Source of the DNA: Escherichia phage SmurfNell
Sequence record: OR896824.1
Strand: one strand, 5' to 3'
DNA length: 64,000 bases
A program made the translations under genes and the position numbers. The notes beneath the pieces are model-generated. The model worked only from the letters and a program-made list of their open reading frames with translations. It was not told where the DNA came from and ran no database searches. Below, piece after piece: positions 61,283-64,000 of the stretch (position 1 is the first letter of the stretch; the number at the start of each line of letters is the position of its first letter).

Positions 61283-61825
61283 TTGTTCTGGCCTTTCGTG
61301 TATACTATGAGAGATAAAATAAACGAATTACTTTATGAGGAAGCATTACAGTTTCCCATAAATAGATTCACTAAATCAGATGGATCTATTAATAGAATTA
61401 AACTCAAACAACTTCATCCAGACTTCCAGCAAGATGCACTTAATCTAATCTTTATCAGGAGAGCTGTAGAAGCACATGGTAAGTTCTTTGGATATGAAAG
61501 AGTTAAGTATAGAACTATGCAACAGCAGGTTGAGATCTATTGCCCAGATCACGATGGTTACTTCTTACAAACTGCACGGTCTCACTTAGAAGGACATGGT
61601 TGCCGATTATGTGCTCATAAAGTTGTAACACGCTTAACAGAATATGGAGTGTATACCGTACCAGCACCTTTCCACAAATTTGTAGTTGACGGTGAGCACA
61701 TAATTTGGTATAATAAAGATCAAAAGTTAAAACAGGAGTTAAAGAAAGATGGAGTACGTAGTCTGGTCAAACCCCTTAGCTCTACTCTCCCACAAACTGT
61801 TCAAGACGACGTGGGGAAGGAATGA
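61283..61825 (+). CDS. hypothetical protein (180 aa)
   Basis: ORF containing a His/Cys cluster (CPDHDGY...HLEGHGCRLCAH). Confidence 0.5.
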   Translation: MFWPFVYTMRDKINELLYEEALQFPINRFTKSDGSINRIKLKQLHPDFQQDALNLIFIRRAVEAHGKFFGYERVKYRTMQQQVEIYCPDHDGYFLQTARSHLEGHGCRLCAHKVVTRLTEYGVYTVPAPFHKFVVDGEHIIWYNKDQKLKQELKKDGVRSLVKPLSSTLPQTVQDDVGKE

Positions 61826-62036
61826 GATAATTGTTAACGAGAGTCCTCTTAATCATCAACATCCTTTAGTTCCAGCTCTCTACAAGATTATTATAAATGG
61901 TACAGGATACCTAGTAGATGATTTCGGTAAAGAGTTTGTACAAAAAGCCATAGACAACAATAACATTTCTATGGGCGAATTAATTAATAGAGCATCTAAC
62001 TTTGATAAGAGTTGGATGTTAATTTGGAGTAACTAA
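61749..62036 (+). CDS. hypothetical protein (95 aa, start uncertain)
   Basis: Overlaps previous ORF by 77 nt; no alternative in-frame start found. Confidence 0.3.
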   Translation: MEYVVWSNPLALLSHKLFKTTWGRNEIIVNESPLNHQHPLVPALYKIIINGTGYLVDDFGKEFVQKAIDNNNISMGELINRASNFDKSWMLIWSN

Positions 62037-62269
62037 TGGAATATGTATTAATTATCTTAGCAATTGCATTAGTATTTGCTATTAACACTGCTGTGCATAA
62101 GACTCGTGAAGCCAATCAGGTTATTGACGATAACGTGAAGTTGCGTAGCAAAGTTACTAATCTCAAACAACAGCGTGAAGCTCTGAAGTTATTCGTGGCT
62201 CAAGGTAGCCTAGAGCATGCACCGGAAGACTTCATTGTTTATCTTAAACGTTACATGGGAATCAAATAA
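62036..62269 (+). CDS. membrane-anchored protein (77 aa)
   Basis: N-terminal TM; overlaps upstream stop. Confidence 0.45.
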   Translation: MEYVLIILAIALVFAINTAVHKTREANQVIDDNVKLRSKVTNLKQQREALKLFVAQGSLEHAPEDFIVYLKRYMGIK

Positions 62270-62454
62270 TGGAAACATTACTTCTTATATTACTGGGCGG
62301 TTCACTCTTAACCATTCTAGGCTTGATAATTGTATGTAGTCGCCTCAATGTTAAGAATCTAGAATTAGATAGTGAGAATCAGATTCTTAACCGAGAAATT
62401 AAACAACATAATATCGCAGCTCGTAAGCTGTTAGATAAACTGGAGAATAGATAA
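62269..62454 (+). CDS. small membrane protein (61 aa)
   Basis: N-terminal TM; overlapping stop/start. Confidence 0.45.
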   Translation: METLLLILLGGSLLTILGLIIVCSRLNVKNLELDSENQILNREIKQHNIAARKLLDKLENR

Positions 62455-63065
62455 TGTTTACACAACAAACCATTAAAGTAGTTGCAGATCATGAACTCGA
62501 CACATGGGATTACAGCTTTAAAGATCTGACTGCTACAGTACAGTTTAAATCTATGCAACTGTCGTTTTTGCACATTGATCTTCAGGCTTGCAAAGAGTTT
62601 CAGGCTAAGCTCATGAATGCTCGTAAGATCTTTGGCACGGCTCGCATCCCGGCTGATAATCTGATTAATGCACTAATCGATGCTGGATACAAACTCGTGA
62701 AGACTGAGGTGAACCGCCCGAGTACTCCAGTAACTATTCGAGATCCGTGGCAGTCAGGGCCAATCGCAATGCTGAATAATTCTGATAAAAGATTAATGTC
62801 GGATTTGCACAATGTTCCGTGTGGTGGCGTGGTAAGTAATACGCAATCATATAAGTTTGGGGAAGCATCTAGTGTAGACGAGTGGAATAAAGCTGGAGTT
62901 GCAATGATGAGTTTCGCAAAGGATCGCGGAGCACAGGAAGACTCCGGAGTTTCTAGGAATTCGTACACAATTCGTTTAAGCAATCCTAGCAAAGAAGGTG
63001 AGCTTGAAGAAATGTTAACGAAAGTATTCGAAGCTATTGATGCAGATAAGGCTAGAGGTCGTTAA
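62454..63065 (+). CDS. hypothetical protein (203 aa)
   Basis: ATAATG overlap with upstream ORF. Confidence 0.55.
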   Translation: MFTQQTIKVVADHELDTWDYSFKDLTATVQFKSMQLSFLHIDLQACKEFQAKLMNARKIFGTARIPADNLINALIDAGYKLVKTEVNRPSTPVTIRDPWQSGPIAMLNNSDKRLMSDLHNVPCGGVVSNTQSYKFGEASSVDEWNKAGVAMMSFAKDRGAQEDSGVSRNSYTIRLSNPSKEGELEEMLTKVFEAIDADKARGR

Positions 63066-63796
63066 TGAAAGATTTGGCAGTAAAATTTAAGAATATTCTA
63101 GCCCTCGCTAAGGGGGCTGATCATCGCTGTTTCTCTGATCTAACCGCTGGGGAGAAACATGCAGTAATGTTTGTTTGTGAGATGTTCCCTGCTAGATGGG
63201 AAGGTGGTAAGATTAAGTATGATAACAAAGCTGCAAAAGCTGACCTTGCTTACTCTTACGTTGATATGAATAAACTTCTCAAGTCTTTAGACCCAACTGC
63301 TAAAGGCCACATGGGAAACTATATTCACGTTATTATTGATGAACCTCTCCCAGCTTATAGAGAAACATCCGCTAGAGAAGCATTAGAAGCATATCCAGAA
63401 CAATTATACATTCCACCTAAGAAATGTAAGTTCGATCATCTTCCAACATTAGCATTTGAAACTAGCATCACATTTGAAGATATTTATAGAACGATTGGAG
63501 CTGTAGTAGCACGGATTGCAGTGGCACATTATCGTGATATAGAACTTACTACAGCGGAAGATTATATTCTATATGCTATTCATGATGAAAAGGATTCTTT
63601 CAAACGTTTAATGGATGCCCTAGGATTAGGTAGTCTCACTGCGCTTGTGCTTAACCAGGCTCCTAGAACCAAGCGTTATGCAAAAGGATCTATTACTCTC
63701 GAAGAAACAGGATCTACATCTTCATTCCTTGCTACATATATTTATCTAGCATCTAAAGGAATCTATCTAAAGGCTAGAAAGAATGTCACTATATAA
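63065..63796 (+). CDS. hypothetical protein (243 aa)
   Basis: Overlapping stop/start with upstream ORF. Confidence 0.55.
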   Translation: MKDLAVKFKNILALAKGADHRCFSDLTAGEKHAVMFVCEMFPARWEGGKIKYDNKAAKADLAYSYVDMNKLLKSLDPTAKGHMGNYIHVIIDEPLPAYRETSAREALEAYPEQLYIPPKKCKFDHLPTLAFETSITFEDIYRTIGAVVARIAVAHYRDIELTTAEDYILYAIHDEKDSFKRLMDALGLGSLTALVLNQAPRTKRYAKGSITLEETGSTSSFLATYIYLASKGIYLKARKNVTI

Positions 63797-63860
63797 AGTA
63801 TATATTCTTGCAAATAGGGATCTGACGAAGATCCCTAAGAGAACAAAGATCGGTATTAGT

Positions 63861-64000
63861 ATGAATCCACATAATAGGATTCAAACACTAAACTTAGATA
63901 AGATAGTTTATCGAGGTTTTGACGATCTATATGTGTATGGAATCTATGAAACCCACAATCCTAGAGATCTAGAAGCCGCTGCACATATCTACTTTAAGAA
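63861..64000 (+). CDS. hypothetical protein (N-terminal fragment, continues past window end)
   Basis: ATG 63861 opens a frame that stays open to the window edge. Confidence 0.3.
   Translation, partial: MNPHNRIQTLNLDKIVYRGFDDLYVYGIYETHNPRDLEAAAHIYFK

Noticed and set aside
1-64000. CRISPR arrays, integrases, transposases or prophage attachment sites
   Set aside because: No direct-repeat/spacer arrays and no recombinase-like ORFs were seen; the repeated elements are promoters and tRNA genes, consistent with a lytic T5-like phage.

Overview
This window is the early-gene region of a T5-like (Tequintavirus-type) lytic coliphage; the promoter at 9887-9915 (minus strand) matches the classic T5 P_N25 promoter I recall. 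Minus-strand replication genes occupy 1-13.4 kb (family A DNA polymerase, DnaG-like primase, DnaB-like helicase, split NAD-dependent ligase, a 929-aa helicase-like protein), followed by a small accessory cluster with a Sir2-like protein and anaerobic RNR NrdD. The plus strand from 19.3 kb carries nucleotide metabolism (PhoH, NrdA, NrdB, DHFR, ThyA, RNase H), a NadR-PnuC NAD salvage pair, a ~13 kb tRNA cluster (27 tRNA calls plus three unresolved tRNA-like elements) interleaved with small ORFs, a GrcA glycyl-radical homolog, a spanin-like pair, dNMP kinase, holin, endolysin and phosphatases. More than 25 near-identical sigma70 promoters (TTGCTw-17-TGTATAATAT plus a conserved downstream ATAAATTGAtGAGAGGA leader) punctuate the region, and four free-standing HNH endonuclease genes are inserted between conserved genes. 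All protein calls rest on motif recognition by eye and recalled sequences; no searches were run, and small-ORF starts and several tRNA identities are provisional.
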